From Balneolaceae bacterium (GTDB lineage: Bacteria; Bacteroidota; Rhodothermia; Balneolales; Balneolaceae), in NCBI GenBank assembly GCA_965222205.1, contig OZ244932.1, positions 1,158,896 through 1,222,895 of the forward strand: a DNA stretch of 64,000 nucleotides. Direction: 5' to 3'. Made by a program: the position numbers and the translations under genes. The notes under the pieces were generated by a model. That model saw nothing but the letters and a program-made list of their open reading frames with translations, made no database searches and was not told where the DNA came from. This document shows, in pieces, positions 35,598 through 45,319 of this stretch. Within the stretch, counting starts at the first letter, position 1, and every line of letters begins with the position of its first letter.

Positions 35598-36608
35598 TCA
35601 GGCTTTTTCTGTTGATCCCCGTTCTACAAGAATTGGATTAATAGAAGTTTGGAATAGTTTTTCATCAGGATTCTTGATAATTGCAGCAAGTCTGGCAGTT
35701 GCCTGTGTCCCAATGGTATGCATCTGCTGATCGATAGTGGTTAGATCCATGTACTTAGTCAGTTTGATATTATCATATCCCATGATAGCGATATCTTCGG
35801 GAACTTTGAGTCCAAGTTTAGATAGGGCGTGTAAAGCTCCAAGAGCCTGAGTATCATTGGCACAGAACACAGCATCAGGGAATTTGCCCATTTTATCAAA
35901 TTTATAAATAGCCTCAAATCCTGTTTCTTCGGTAAATCCAGCATGTTTTGTTGTATCTCCGGCAACAAAAAGATCTTTATCGATCTTCATTTTGAAATTC
36001 TTAAGCCCATCTTTAAACCCACGTTCTCTCTCATCAGAAGATCTCGTTTTAACTGGAGTTGTAATCATCCCGATGTTCTGAAACCCTTTTTTGACCAGAT
36101 GTTCTGCTGCCATATAACCGCCTTTATAGTCATTAACCATAAAATAATTATAGGAAGAGTGTGAAGCGTTAACAAGAACAACTGGCACCTGAGTAGACTG
36201 AAGATGTTTATGGATAGTTTCGCTTACATCAATCGAAAGAAGGATTAGTGCATCAGCAGTTCCACGATCAAAAAATCCAATAACTGCTTCCTCCGGATCC
36301 TTAGAGCCCGTGTTATATAAGATGATATCAAGATCCATTTTTTTTATTTCATCTTTTACTCCTTTCAATACCTCATTAAAGAAAGGGGTTGTAAAAGAGG
36401 GAACGGCTACGGCCAATAATTGAGGTTCTTTGCTGGCCAGTTTTCGGGCGCTCACCTGGGGTCTGAAATTCAGATCATCAATTGCCTTTTGAACCTTCGT
36501 TTTGGTCTCCTCAGAGACATTAGGAGAACTGTTTAATACTCTCGAAACCGTTGAAATTGCCACGCCTGCATTTTTGGCTACTTCATAAATAGTTACTTTT
36601 TTATTCAT
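35598..36608 (-). CDS. LacI-family transcriptional regulator
   Basis: N-terminal HTH (VTIYEVAKNAGVAISTVSRVLN) plus a periplasmic-binding-protein-like sensor domain. Confidence 0.88.
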   Translation of the reverse strand: MNKKVTIYEVAKNAGVAISTVSRVLNSSPNVSEETKTKVQKAIDDLNFRPQVSARKLASKEPQLLAVAVPSFTTPFFNEVLKGVKDEIKKMDLDIILYNTGSKDPEEAVIGFFDRGTADALILLSIDVSETIHKHLQSTQVPVVLVNASHSSYNYFMVNDYKGGYMAAEHLVKKGFQNIGMITTPVKTRSSDERERGFKDGLKNFKMKIDKDLFVAGDTTKHAGFTEETGFEAIYKFDKMGKFPDAVFCANDTQALGALHALSKLGLKVPEDIAIMGYDNIKLTKYMDLTTIDQQMHTIGTQATARLAAIIKNPDEKLFQTSINPILVERGSTEKA

Positions 36609-36783
36609 AAACCGTAGATAGAATACTTGGTTTTATTAAAAAATCGTGGGTATAGCTGTATTTAAGCTAATGAATTTAGCCCATGGAGTATAATCAACTT
36701 ATAAAGAAGATGTAATCGCTTAAAAAAAAATATTTATTCCTTAACCTTGGAACTTTTGGTTGGCTTATTAGCATTATGATGGC

Positions 36784-37758
36784 ATGTCTGTATTACTTCG
36801 CATACCATATACAATGCTTCGTCCGATTTATGAAAGAACATCGTTCCATAGATCGGTAATTGAGGAGATCCCCGATACAGATTTAAGACCTGCGTATTCT
36901 CATTGCCGTGCAATTACTCGCTTCTATGCGAAGACTTTTTATATGGCTACACGCTTCTTACCCAATGAAAAGCAAAGAAGCATTTTTGCAATCTATGGAT
37001 TGTGCAGATATCTGGATAACCTTGTTGATGAGTTTGAAGATTTGGCAGAAAATCAAAGCCTCGATATCAATGAAATTGATAGCAAACTGAATTCCTTCAA
37101 ACAAAGCCTTATTGCCATCTATAAAGGACAGAGATCTGAAGATCCAATTTTAGCGGCTTTTGCTGATACTCTTAAAAAATACAACATACCAATAGACCTC
37201 CCTTTTTTATTGATAGATGGAGTTCGTTCTGATTTAGATAAAAACAGATACAATAACTTTCAGGAGCTATATGATTATTCTTATAAAGTAGCATCAGTTG
37301 TTGGCTTGATGACCAGTAGAGTTTTTGGGTATGAGGATGAATCAGCGCTTGAATATGCCATAGACCTTGGAATTGCGATGCAGCTCACAAACATTCTGCG
37401 CGATGTTGGGGAAGACCTCGATCGGAATCGAATTTATCTTCCGGAAGATGAACTTGCCATGTTTGGTGTTACAGAGAGAGATCTACTTAATCGAGATAGT
37501 TCAGAAAACTTCATAGAGTTAATGAAGTTTCAGGTAAATCGAGCCAGAAAATATTACGAGAAAGCAGATAAAGGTATTTCAATGCTAAATAAAGATAGCC
37601 GCTTACCGGTGTATTTAGCCCGTTACAACTACAGCAGAATTCTCGATAAAATTGAAGAGAACAACTACGATGTATATAGCGAGCGAGCCTATTTAAACAG
37701 CTTTGAAAAATTTACCATTCTTCCCCGGATTTTTATAAAAATGAGAGTCGCGAGTTAG
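36784..37758 (+). CDS. phytoene/squalene synthase family protein
   Basis: Motifs ..C..ITR.YAKTFY.A.RFLP..KR..IFAIYG.CR..D..VDE.. and ..NILRDVGED... are present. Start may be the internal Met (MLRPIYE). Confidence 0.82.
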   Translation: MSVLLRIPYTMLRPIYERTSFHRSVIEEIPDTDLRPAYSHCRAITRFYAKTFYMATRFLPNEKQRSIFAIYGLCRYLDNLVDEFEDLAENQSLDINEIDSKLNSFKQSLIAIYKGQRSEDPILAAFADTLKKYNIPIDLPFLLIDGVRSDLDKNRYNNFQELYDYSYKVASVVGLMTSRVFGYEDESALEYAIDLGIAMQLTNILRDVGEDLDRNRIYLPEDELAMFGVTERDLLNRDSSENFIELMKFQVNRARKYYEKADKGISMLNKDSRLPVYLARYNYSRILDKIEENNYDVYSERAYLNSFEKFTILPRIFIKMRVAS

Positions 37759-37814
37759 AATTAACTGGTAGAGAAAGAAGCCATTAATTTTTACTTTCCA
37801 AGAAAAGGATAACT

Positions 37815-39299
37815 ATGGCTCAAATTAAAAAAGTACTAATCGCTAACAGGGGAGAAATTGCAGTTCGGGTAATACATACCTGTAGGGAACTTAACATTAA
37901 AAGTGTAGCAGTTTATTCCCGTCCAGATGAATTTGCACCTCATGTTCAACTTGCTGATGAATCTGTTTTTATAGGTGAAGCGGCTTCTTCAGAGAGTTAC
38001 CTGGTAATGGATAAAATTATTGACGCGGTAAAGAAAACCGGAGCAGATGCAGTACATCCGGGATATGGATTCCTGAGTGAGAATGCAGAGTTTGCAGAAC
38101 GTTGTAAGAAGGAGGGAATAATATTTATCGGGCCAGAACCTAAAGCTATTCGCTTGATGGGAGATAAAACCTCTGCAAGAGAGTTGGTTACCGAGTATGG
38201 GATACCAACACCTCCCGGACTAAAGAGTACTCTTGAAAGTATTGAAGAAGCAAGAGAAGTAGCCAAAGATGTTGGTTTTCCAATTTTGATAAAAGCTTCT
38301 GCCGGTGGTGGAGGTAAAGGCATGCGGATTGTGTATGATGAATCTGAATTTAATTCGAGTATAAAAGCGGCTAAATCTGAAGCAAAAAATGCTTTTGGTG
38401 ATGACAGGGTTTATATCGAAAAATACTTGGAGGAGCCCCGGCATATTGAGTTTCAAATAATGGCTGATACTCATGGAAATGTAGTTCATGTATTTGATCG
38501 GGAATGTTCAATCCAACGGCGGCATCAAAAAGTAATCGAAGAAGCCCCAAGTACTTTACTCACAGATGAACTTCGTGCAGAAATGGCTAAAGCTGCGATT
38601 AAAGCCGCAAAATCCTGCGACTATGTAGGCGCGGGAACCATTGAATTTTTGGTAGACAAACACATGAATTTTTATTTTCTGGAGATGAACACCCGTCTCC
38701 AGGTAGAACATCCTGTCACAGAAATGATTTCCGGATTAGACTTAGTAGCTGCTCAGATTGCAGTGGCTGAGGGTAAGGAACTCCCCTTTAAACAAGAAGA
38801 CATCCAAAAAACGGGACATGCGATCGAATGTCGGATTTATGCAGAAGATCCTGAGAATAATTTCCTGCCTAGTACTGGACTTTTAAAGAAGCATCGAATT
38901 CCGTCCGGAACAGGTGTGCGGGTTGATGCCGGAGTTGAAGAAGGTCAGGAGGTTACGATCAATTATGACCCAATGATATCTAAATTGACTGTTTTCGGTT
39001 ATGACAGGGAGGATTCCCGAAAAAAAATGCTTAGAGCATTACAGGAATATGAAATCACAGGTTGTAAAACCACCATTCCATTTTGTGAGTATACACTTAA
39101 ACATGATGCGTTTATTTCCGGTAAATATGATACACACTTTGTGAAAGATCACTTTAATCACAAGGAGTTAAGCAAGGGAGCTTCTGATGAAATTATTGGA
39201 TTAGTTGCAGCATTATTAAAACAAAACCAACAAACCGAAAACATTTTAGTTGAATCAATTAAAACAGAGGAATCGAGATGGTGGAGTAACCGTCGTTAA
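37815..39299 (+). CDS. accC: biotin carboxylase (acetyl-CoA carboxylase subunit)
   Basis: 494 aa. Motifs KKVLIANRGEIAVRVI, the ATP-grasp GGGGKGMRIV, and EMNTRLQVEHPVTE. Confidence 0.9.
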   Translation: MAQIKKVLIANRGEIAVRVIHTCRELNIKSVAVYSRPDEFAPHVQLADESVFIGEAASSESYLVMDKIIDAVKKTGADAVHPGYGFLSENAEFAERCKKEGIIFIGPEPKAIRLMGDKTSARELVTEYGIPTPPGLKSTLESIEEAREVAKDVGFPILIKASAGGGGKGMRIVYDESEFNSSIKAAKSEAKNAFGDDRVYIEKYLEEPRHIEFQIMADTHGNVVHVFDRECSIQRRHQKVIEEAPSTLLTDELRAEMAKAAIKAAKSCDYVGAGTIEFLVDKHMNFYFLEMNTRLQVEHPVTEMISGLDLVAAQIAVAEGKELPFKQEDIQKTGHAIECRIYAEDPENNFLPSTGLLKKHRIPSGTGVRVDAGVEEGQEVTINYDPMISKLTVFGYDREDSRKKMLRALQEYEITGCKTTIPFCEYTLKHDAFISGKYDTHFVKDHFNHKELSKGASDEIIGLVAALLKQNQQTENILVESIKTEESRWWSNRR

Positions 39300-39300
39300 T

Positions 39301-40227
39301 ATGAATACAGAAAAAAAAGAACTCTTTGAGCAATTAAATAAACTCGATACAGAGCAAAAAAACGAAAATACTAAAACAATTGATTTGGCAGAACCTCTGG
39401 AGATTGCCAGATTGATGAATCAGGAAGATCAAAAAGTTGCCGAACAGGTAAGCACACGTCTAAGTGAGATTTCTGAAGCGATTGAGCTTGTTAGTGAAAG
39501 TTTCGCTTTGGGAGGTAGGTTACTTTACTTTGGAGCCGGAACCAGTGGCAGACTTGGAGTGCTAGATGCATCTGAATGCCCGCCAACTTTTGGAGCTGAT
39601 CCTGAGCAGGTTCAGGGATTTATTGCAGGTGGAAAAGAAGCCATGTATGTAGCTCAGGAAGGTGCTGAAGATTCAGAAGAAATTGGAGCTACCGATTTAA
39701 CCAAAGCTCAGGCTACCAACATTGATGTTGTTTGTGGATTGGCTGCCAGTGGTAGAACCCCGTATGTGCTAGGTGCACTAAAAAAAGCACAGGAACTTGG
39801 AATAAAAACCATATTCATCACTACTGTGCCTAAACTTCAACTATCAATTCCGGCTGATATTGTAATTGATGTCCCGGTAGGCCCCGAAGTTATTATGGGA
39901 AGCACACGTTTAAAAAGTGGTACCGCACAAAAAATGGTTTTAAATATGATTACAACCGGAGCTTTCATAAGGCAAGGAAAAGTTCTGGAAAATGTGATGG
40001 TAGATTTGAAACTCTCAAACAAAAAACTTGAAGAACGTGCTAAACGAATTATAATGAGTTTTGGGAACGTATCTTATGAGCAATCAGAAGAACTAATTTC
40101 TTCATCTGGAGGACATGTTAAAACAGCGTTGGTAATGTCGTTATTAAAAGTATCTAAAGAAGAAGCTTCCAAATTATTAAAAGAGAACAATGGGTTTATC
40201 AGGAAAGCACTTCAGCAAGCAGAGTAA
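39301..40227 (+). CDS. murQ: N-acetylmuramic acid 6-phosphate etherase
   Basis: SIS domain (YFGAGTSGRLGVLDASECPPTFG...; ..GSTRLKSGTAQKMVLNMITT..). I use the ATG at 39301 rather than the upstream start that overlaps accC. Confidence 0.88.
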   Translation: MNTEKKELFEQLNKLDTEQKNENTKTIDLAEPLEIARLMNQEDQKVAEQVSTRLSEISEAIELVSESFALGGRLLYFGAGTSGRLGVLDASECPPTFGADPEQVQGFIAGGKEAMYVAQEGAEDSEEIGATDLTKAQATNIDVVCGLAASGRTPYVLGALKKAQELGIKTIFITTVPKLQLSIPADIVIDVPVGPEVIMGSTRLKSGTAQKMVLNMITTGAFIRQGKVLENVMVDLKLSNKKLEERAKRIIMSFGNVSYEQSEELISSSGGHVKTALVMSLLKVSKEEASKLLKENNGFIRKALQQAE

Positions 40228-40955
40228 TGAGCAAAGTTCTATTCAGTATTTATGTTTGGACATGCTATGTGGTGTTATTTCTAATTTTTTTTGTACTGAT
40301 ATCACTCATTTTCTTGTTCACATTCCCATTCGATAAATACCGGCGTATCCCCAATAAAGTGTTGGGAGTAATGGCAGGTTTCATGGTTCGTTTAAGCCCC
40401 GGTTGGAAAATTAAAGTGACCGGTCAAGAGAAATATGATCGGTCGAAACCTACCATATTCATCGCAAATCACGAAAGTTTTATTGACATACCACTTCTGT
40501 ATGAGTTACCATGGAGAATGAAATGGGTTGTTAAACATAGTATGGTTTATATCCCTGTGATGGGTTGGATGGTTAAGCTAACCGGGCAGTTAACAATTAA
40601 TCGATCCAATAAATCTGCTCTAAAAAAACTGTCCAATTTAGTGCAACCTCTAAAAGATCTGGTACCGGTAATGATTTTTCCGGAAGGCACGCGTTCGTTG
40701 GATGGTGAAATCCAATCATTTAAAAATGGTGCCTTTTTAGTGGCTATGGAACATGGATTTAATCTACAGCCCGTTGTGGTTGATGGCCCTTATCGTATTT
40801 TAAAGTCCGGTTCGAAATTACTTTCACCAAAAGGTAATTTGAACATCTCTGTACTTGATCCTATTGATGTAAGCCGTTTCGACAATATGAGTGATTTGAA
40901 AACGTATGCAAGAGATAAGATTATTGAAGAGCAACAGCGACTTAGAAATTCTTGA
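40227..40955 (+). CDS. plsC: 1-acyl-sn-glycerol-3-phosphate (lysophospholipid) acyltransferase
   Basis: Motifs NHESFIDI and FPEGTRS are present, with an N-terminal TM helix. Confidence 0.82.
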   Translation: MSKVLFSIYVWTCYVVLFLIFFVLISLIFLFTFPFDKYRRIPNKVLGVMAGFMVRLSPGWKIKVTGQEKYDRSKPTIFIANHESFIDIPLLYELPWRMKWVVKHSMVYIPVMGWMVKLTGQLTINRSNKSALKKLSNLVQPLKDLVPVMIFPEGTRSLDGEIQSFKNGAFLVAMEHGFNLQPVVVDGPYRILKSGSKLLSPKGNLNISVLDPIDVSRFDNMSDLKTYARDKIIEEQQRLRNS

Positions 40956-41635
40956 GAAAAAAAATAATAGATACCTTACTTTCATCGCCTCATTACCATC
41001 ACAGAGTAATGGCATCTGTTATTGTTGCTCAGCTGATAATCATTTCTGTGTTCAGGTTATGGCCCGAAATGGAATATGAACGACCAGTATTCGATAGCTT
41101 TGAAAAAGAAGCAATTATTGTGGAAGAGATGATTGTTACACGGCAAGCCAATGCCCCTGCATCTCCACCAAAACCCCAGGTTCCTATCCCTGTACCAAAT
41201 GATGAGGTTATTGAAGAGGATATTCTGGAATTCACGGAATTGGATGACTTATTGAATACTGATCCTCTCAGTGAGTCGATTACGACAGGGCAGAGGGGGG
41301 ACGAGGAGCTGATATCAGGAAATCCTGATCGTCCGCCAAGAGTAGTAAAAATTGTAGAGCCTGTTATTCCCGATGAAGCTAAACGGGCAGAAATCAAAGC
41401 AGTTATAGCTGTGAATTTCACAGTGCTTTCAGATGGAACGGTAAAAGAAGCCTATATTGCAGAAATTCGGCTTTATGATCAGAATGGAGAAGATTATAAT
41501 GTTGTAGGTGATATCGGATATGGACTTTTGGAAGCCACATTAGAAGCTGCGTACCAATGGAGGTTTCGCCCTGCTACCGATGATGGGGAGAAAGTTGGGG
41601 CTTATACTCAGGATGTGTTCACTTTTGGCTTTTAA
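40952..41635 (+). CDS. TonB-like energy transducer
   Basis: 227 aa with a TM anchor, a Pro-rich linker (PASPPKPQVPIPVP) and a C-terminal TonB-type domain. Confidence 0.7.
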   Translation: MRKKIIDTLLSSPHYHHRVMASVIVAQLIIISVFRLWPEMEYERPVFDSFEKEAIIVEEMIVTRQANAPASPPKPQVPIPVPNDEVIEEDILEFTELDDLLNTDPLSESITTGQRGDEELISGNPDRPPRVVKIVEPVIPDEAKRAEIKAVIAVNFTVLSDGTVKEAYIAEIRLYDQNGEDYNVVGDIGYGLLEATLEAAYQWRFRPATDDGEKVGAYTQDVFTFGF

Positions 41636-41690
41636 ACATTGCTAAGGGATAGGAATAATTCTATCTTTGCCGCCCTTATTGATTTTCAAC

Positions 41691-41794
41691 GGAGAGGTGC
41701 CGGAGCGGTCGAACGGGCTCGCCTGGAAAGCGTGTGTGCCTCACAAGGGTACCGAGGGTTCTGCCGAAGGCATCCCTGCGGGAGAATCCCTCCC
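41691..41794 (+). pseudogene. tRNA-Ser(GGA) fragment: 5' 71 nt, a 22-nt insertion in the T-loop, then 11 nt of T-arm; no 3' acceptor strand
   Basis: Identical to the intact tRNA up to GGTTC (41761). Next comes tgccgaaggcatccctgcggga, then gaatccctccc. The sequence then continues aaatgtt instead of tctccgca. Confidence 0.8.
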
Positions 41795-41801
41795 AAATGT
41801 T

Positions 41802-42059
41802 ATGATATATTACGCCTATATTTTAAAAAGTAATTATGATGGGACTTACTATTATGGTAGTTCATCGGATGTTATATCAAGATTAAAAGCTCATAATAAA
41901 GGCAAGTCCAGATATACAAAGGGTAGGAGACCCTGGGAATTGCATTACAAGGAAGAGTTTAAAACCAGAACTGAAGCTGTGCAAAGAGAGAGGTTCTTTA
42001 AAAGTATTGATGGGAGAAATTGGTTGTTGGAGAATCAAATCATAACACGGAAAGAATGA
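41802..42059 (+). CDS. small GIY-YIG nuclease family protein
   Basis: 85 aa. MIYYAYILKS..DGTYYYGSSSDV..RL..HN.G....YTKGRRPW.L.Y.E.F....A..RE...K is a GIY-YIG (UPF0213/URI-type) pattern. ATG lies 7 nt after the tRNA fragment. Confidence 0.8.
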   Translation: MIYYAYILKSNYDGTYYYGSSSDVISRLKAHNKGKSRYTKGRRPWELHYKEEFKTRTEAVQRERFFKSIDGRNWLLENQIITRKE

Positions 42060-42129
42060 GATCAAGATAGATTTCCATTGCTAAGGGATAGGAATAATTC
42101 TATCTTTGCCGCCCTTATTGATTTTCAAC

Positions 42130-42233
42130 GGAGAGGTGCCGGAGCGGTCGAACGGGCTCGCCTGGAAAGCGTGTGTGCCTCACAAGGGTACCGAGGGTTC
42201 TGCCGAAGGCATCCCTGCGGGAGAATCCCTCCC
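42130..42233 (+). pseudogene. tRNA-Ser(GGA) fragment, second copy
   Basis: Identical to 41691-41794 (unit 2 of the tandem repeat). Confidence 0.8.
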
Positions 42234-42240
42234 AAATGTT

Positions 42241-42498
42241 ATGATATATTACGCCTATATTTTAAAAAGTAATTATGATGGGACTTACTATTATGGTAGT
42301 TCATCGGATGTTATATCAAGATTAAAAGCTCATAATAAAGGCAAGTCCAGATATACAAAGGGTAGGAGACCCTGGGAATTGCATTACAAGGAAGAGTTTA
42401 AAACCAGAACTGAAGCTGTGCAAAGAGAGAGGTTCTTTAAAAGTATTGATGGGAGAAATTGGTTGTTGGAGAATCAAATCATAACACGGAAAGAATGA
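42241..42498 (+). CDS. small GIY-YIG nuclease family protein (identical second copy)
   Basis: Translation identical to 41802..42059. Confidence 0.8.
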   Translation: MIYYAYILKSNYDGTYYYGSSSDVISRLKAHNKGKSRYTKGRRPWELHYKEEFKTRTEAVQRERFFKSIDGRNWLLENQIITRKE

Positions 42499-42568
42499 GA
42501 TCAAGATAGATTTCCATTGCTAAGGGATAGGAATAATTCTATCTTTGCCGCCCTTATTGATTTTCAAC

Positions 42569-42656
42569 GGAGAGGTGCCGGAGCGGTCGAACGGGCTCGC
42601 CTGGAAAGCGTGTGTGCCTCACAAGGGTACCGAGGGTTCGAATCCCTCCCTCTCCG
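42569..42656 (+). tRNA. tRNA-Ser (anticodon GGA)
   Basis: Acceptor stem GGAGAGG/CCTCTCC, anticodon loop CUGGAAA (GGA at 42603-42605), long variable arm, T-arm GAGGG-TTCGAAT-CCCTC, discriminator G. CCA is not encoded. Confidence 0.9.
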
Positions 42657-42990
42657 CATAGTTATCTCAAAATCAAAAGAGTTAAGATTCTTAGTGTAGT
42701 AGCTTACTAGCGCTACTTAGAACTGAGGTAAAAAAACACCGGGGTTCTGCCGGGGGAATCTTTACCCCTCATCTTTCCCTCTTTTTTTCCTATCCAAAAC
42801 TTAACGCAAATAAATTACAGACTTTAAGTTTTTATTTGATAATTTGAGGCATCAATAACTCAAGATGGCTTAGGTTTTTCGCGGTACAACTATTATTGCA
42901 ATTTAATTTTGTTTCAGACCTTCCTTTCTTAGGTTTTCATATAACATAAACTGAATGCCGATTTCAACAATAAACTCAAATTTATAACAG

Positions 42991-45306
42991 ATGCGTAATT
43001 TTAAGCTGTTAACAATCTGGGGTTTAGCTCTCGTCCTGATTACAGGATGCGAGGTTCCTAAAAAACCAGATTTTACAACCTCACATACATTAGAAGCACC
43101 CATACTGATCAATAAAGAGTTTCAGTTCCTTGGCGGGGGAGGATCAGTAGAAGTACTGATTGATACCACTAAAGGGGAATTCGATTCACTTTTCACCTTA
43201 GATCCAACAAATAGTCTTATCAGTATATCAAAAGAAGAAGATTTTGATTTCGGGGATTTAAACGATGCGATTCCGGAAATCAGTACTGATGAAACAAGCT
43301 TCAATTCTCAGGTAGGAGAACTTGAGCTGGGAAGTTTTTCTTCTAGTGCCGGGAATCTTGGTGAAGCTAACTTTGAAGATCTAACTGGAATTGGTGCAGG
43401 TACTGTCTCTGCTGGAGATCCTGTTCCTCCTCAGGTTATATCCCCAAGTGTAACAATTGATTTAGATACAGATTTCTTTGAAAGTGCAACCTTCAAAAGC
43501 GGTTCTCTTGATATAGTTCTTGAGAATAACCTGGGATATAATTTAGATGACATCTCTATTACCCTTATTTCTGATCCAGATCCAAATGTAGGTGGAGATG
43601 AAACTGATCTAGTTAATAACGGAACCGGAGCCTTATCTGATGGAAATCAAGCAACGGTAAGTTTGCCTTTTAATAATGGAGATCAACTTGCAAACCCACA
43701 GGTAAGGGTTTCGATTGCATGGACTTCGTCTGTAAACCCGGCTAGTGCAGATTATCAGGAATTTCAAAGATCTCCTGTTTCTTTAGTTGTAGTATCTGCG
43801 GGTGGCAACAATCTTATTGCGTCTCAGGTAACTGCTGCCCTGGAAGGTCAGGATTTCTCAACCAGCAGCACTACTACTTTTGATGCTACCGAATTTGTGT
43901 TTTCTGATCCTTCTCATTATGTAGAATTGGAATCAGGAATTATAAATATCGATCCGATTGTGAATGGACTCGATCTTACCATTGACTCTCTGATTATATC
44001 ATTCCCAAATATTCGAAGAGGGCCTAATTATTTGCCAGGTGATTCTTTAAGAATAAGATATATCCCGGGATTGGATCAGATTCAAAGAAGTTCAACCTCT
44101 CCTGCAAAAGAAAGAGACTTGGCTGGCTTTAGATTGTATGCACTGAATAATGAGATTGAGTACAATATTTATGCCGTAACTGAGAATACTCAGGATGCCG
44201 CACCCGGAGATCAAACCAGGGTTATCAACGAAAATGACGAGATAAGCTCTGCTGTTTCTATAGAAAACCTGAGGATTGCGGAAGCTTTTGGAGAAATTGT
44301 TGCTCAAAATGTAATTCTTGGTGATGATGATCCTTCTAATGGAACGGATGTTCTTGATCTCTTTAACGAAACCGAAGTTGAATTAATCGAAATTGATGGT
44401 TTAGAAGATTTATCATCTCAGATTAGTGGACTGCAATTCACACAGGCATCGTTAAGTATTAATTATGAATCGAATATTGGCGTTCCAACTACCATTTATG
44501 GAGCCTTTCTGGGTGTTAATGGGGACGGAGAAGAAGTTTATTTAAATGGAAAGGAAGGTGGAAACGCGGAAGTTTTTTCTACTGATCCTATTGATGGTTT
44601 ACAAGTTAACGGAGTTCAGATTCCGGCAGATTCATTAATCAAATTTGAATTGGAAACCAGTAATTCCGGTCTTCAAATGTTCTCTTTGGTATTCGATTCT
44701 ACAAATTCTACTGTAAATGAATTTTTGAATAACCTACCGAGTGAAATAAGATTTATTGGTAAAGCAGTAGTAAATGAAGACGGAACCGAAGCAACTATTT
44801 CCACACCTCTGGATTTTGACCCCGCATTCAGCATCGATTTGCCTCTGGCATTCAGAACCACAGAAGAAACGGTATTTACAGACACTACTGAAACAGATGC
44901 CCTTCAGGATCTTCCAACTCCAGAAGATGAAGCGAACTTCTCTGAAGGTTTGTTAGTACTGAGTTATGAAAATGGCTTACCGCTTGGGTTTAGTTTAAGC
45001 CTTACCTTTTTGGATGAAAATGATGCGGTTGTTACAACCTTACCACAAGACGCTTCAACCGGAGGTCAATACGATCTTACAGGGGCTATTGTAAATGAAA
45101 TAACCCGCTTTGCAGAGACTCCTTCTTCAGGCAATATTCAGATTGCTTTAACCGATGCGCAATTAAGTGAGCTTTACCGGACTACTTCAATCATTATTGA
45201 ATCGAATCTGAGAACAAGCCTGAATGAAGAGGTTAAGTTCAAAGCCACGGACTCAATAAAATTGAGTGTGAGCGCGAAAATCAGCATTCAAAATACCGTA
45301 AACTAA
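42991..45306 (+). CDS. large hypothetical lipoprotein
   Basis: 771 aa with lipobox (LITGC). Acidic, Asn/Ser/Thr-rich, predicted beta-rich. No family recognised. Confidence 0.6.
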   Translation: MRNFKLLTIWGLALVLITGCEVPKKPDFTTSHTLEAPILINKEFQFLGGGGSVEVLIDTTKGEFDSLFTLDPTNSLISISKEEDFDFGDLNDAIPEISTDETSFNSQVGELELGSFSSSAGNLGEANFEDLTGIGAGTVSAGDPVPPQVISPSVTIDLDTDFFESATFKSGSLDIVLENNLGYNLDDISITLISDPDPNVGGDETDLVNNGTGALSDGNQATVSLPFNNGDQLANPQVRVSIAWTSSVNPASADYQEFQRSPVSLVVVSAGGNNLIASQVTAALEGQDFSTSSTTTFDATEFVFSDPSHYVELESGIINIDPIVNGLDLTIDSLIISFPNIRRGPNYLPGDSLRIRYIPGLDQIQRSSTSPAKERDLAGFRLYALNNEIEYNIYAVTENTQDAAPGDQTRVINENDEISSAVSIENLRIAEAFGEIVAQNVILGDDDPSNGTDVLDLFNETEVELIEIDGLEDLSSQISGLQFTQASLSINYESNIGVPTTIYGAFLGVNGDGEEVYLNGKEGGNAEVFSTDPIDGLQVNGVQIPADSLIKFELETSNSGLQMFSLVFDSTNSTVNEFLNNLPSEIRFIGKAVVNEDGTEATISTPLDFDPAFSIDLPLAFRTTEETVFTDTTETDALQDLPTPEDEANFSEGLLVLSYENGLPLGFSLSLTFLDENDAVVTTLPQDASTGGQYDLTGAIVNEITRFAETPSSGNIQIALTDAQLSELYRTTSIIIESNLRTSLNEEVKFKATDSIKLSVSAKISIQNTVN

Positions 45307-45319
45307 AGGAAGCAGAATA

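Larger units (their letters stand above)
41637..42625 (+). repeat. 439-bp direct tandem repeat, 2.25 units
   Basis: Unit starts are at 41637, 42076 and 42515 (cattgctaaggg...). All ORF translations in units 1 and 2 are identical. Unit 3 diverges after gagggttc (42639). Confidence 0.9.

Noticed and set aside
41639-41833. ORFs 41639..41833, 42078..42272 and 42517..42699, and the long N-terminal extension of 41667..42059 / 42106..42498
   Set aside because: They are translations of the tRNA-Ser sequence and its fragments. The GIY-YIG protein starts at the internal Met (MIYYAYIL).
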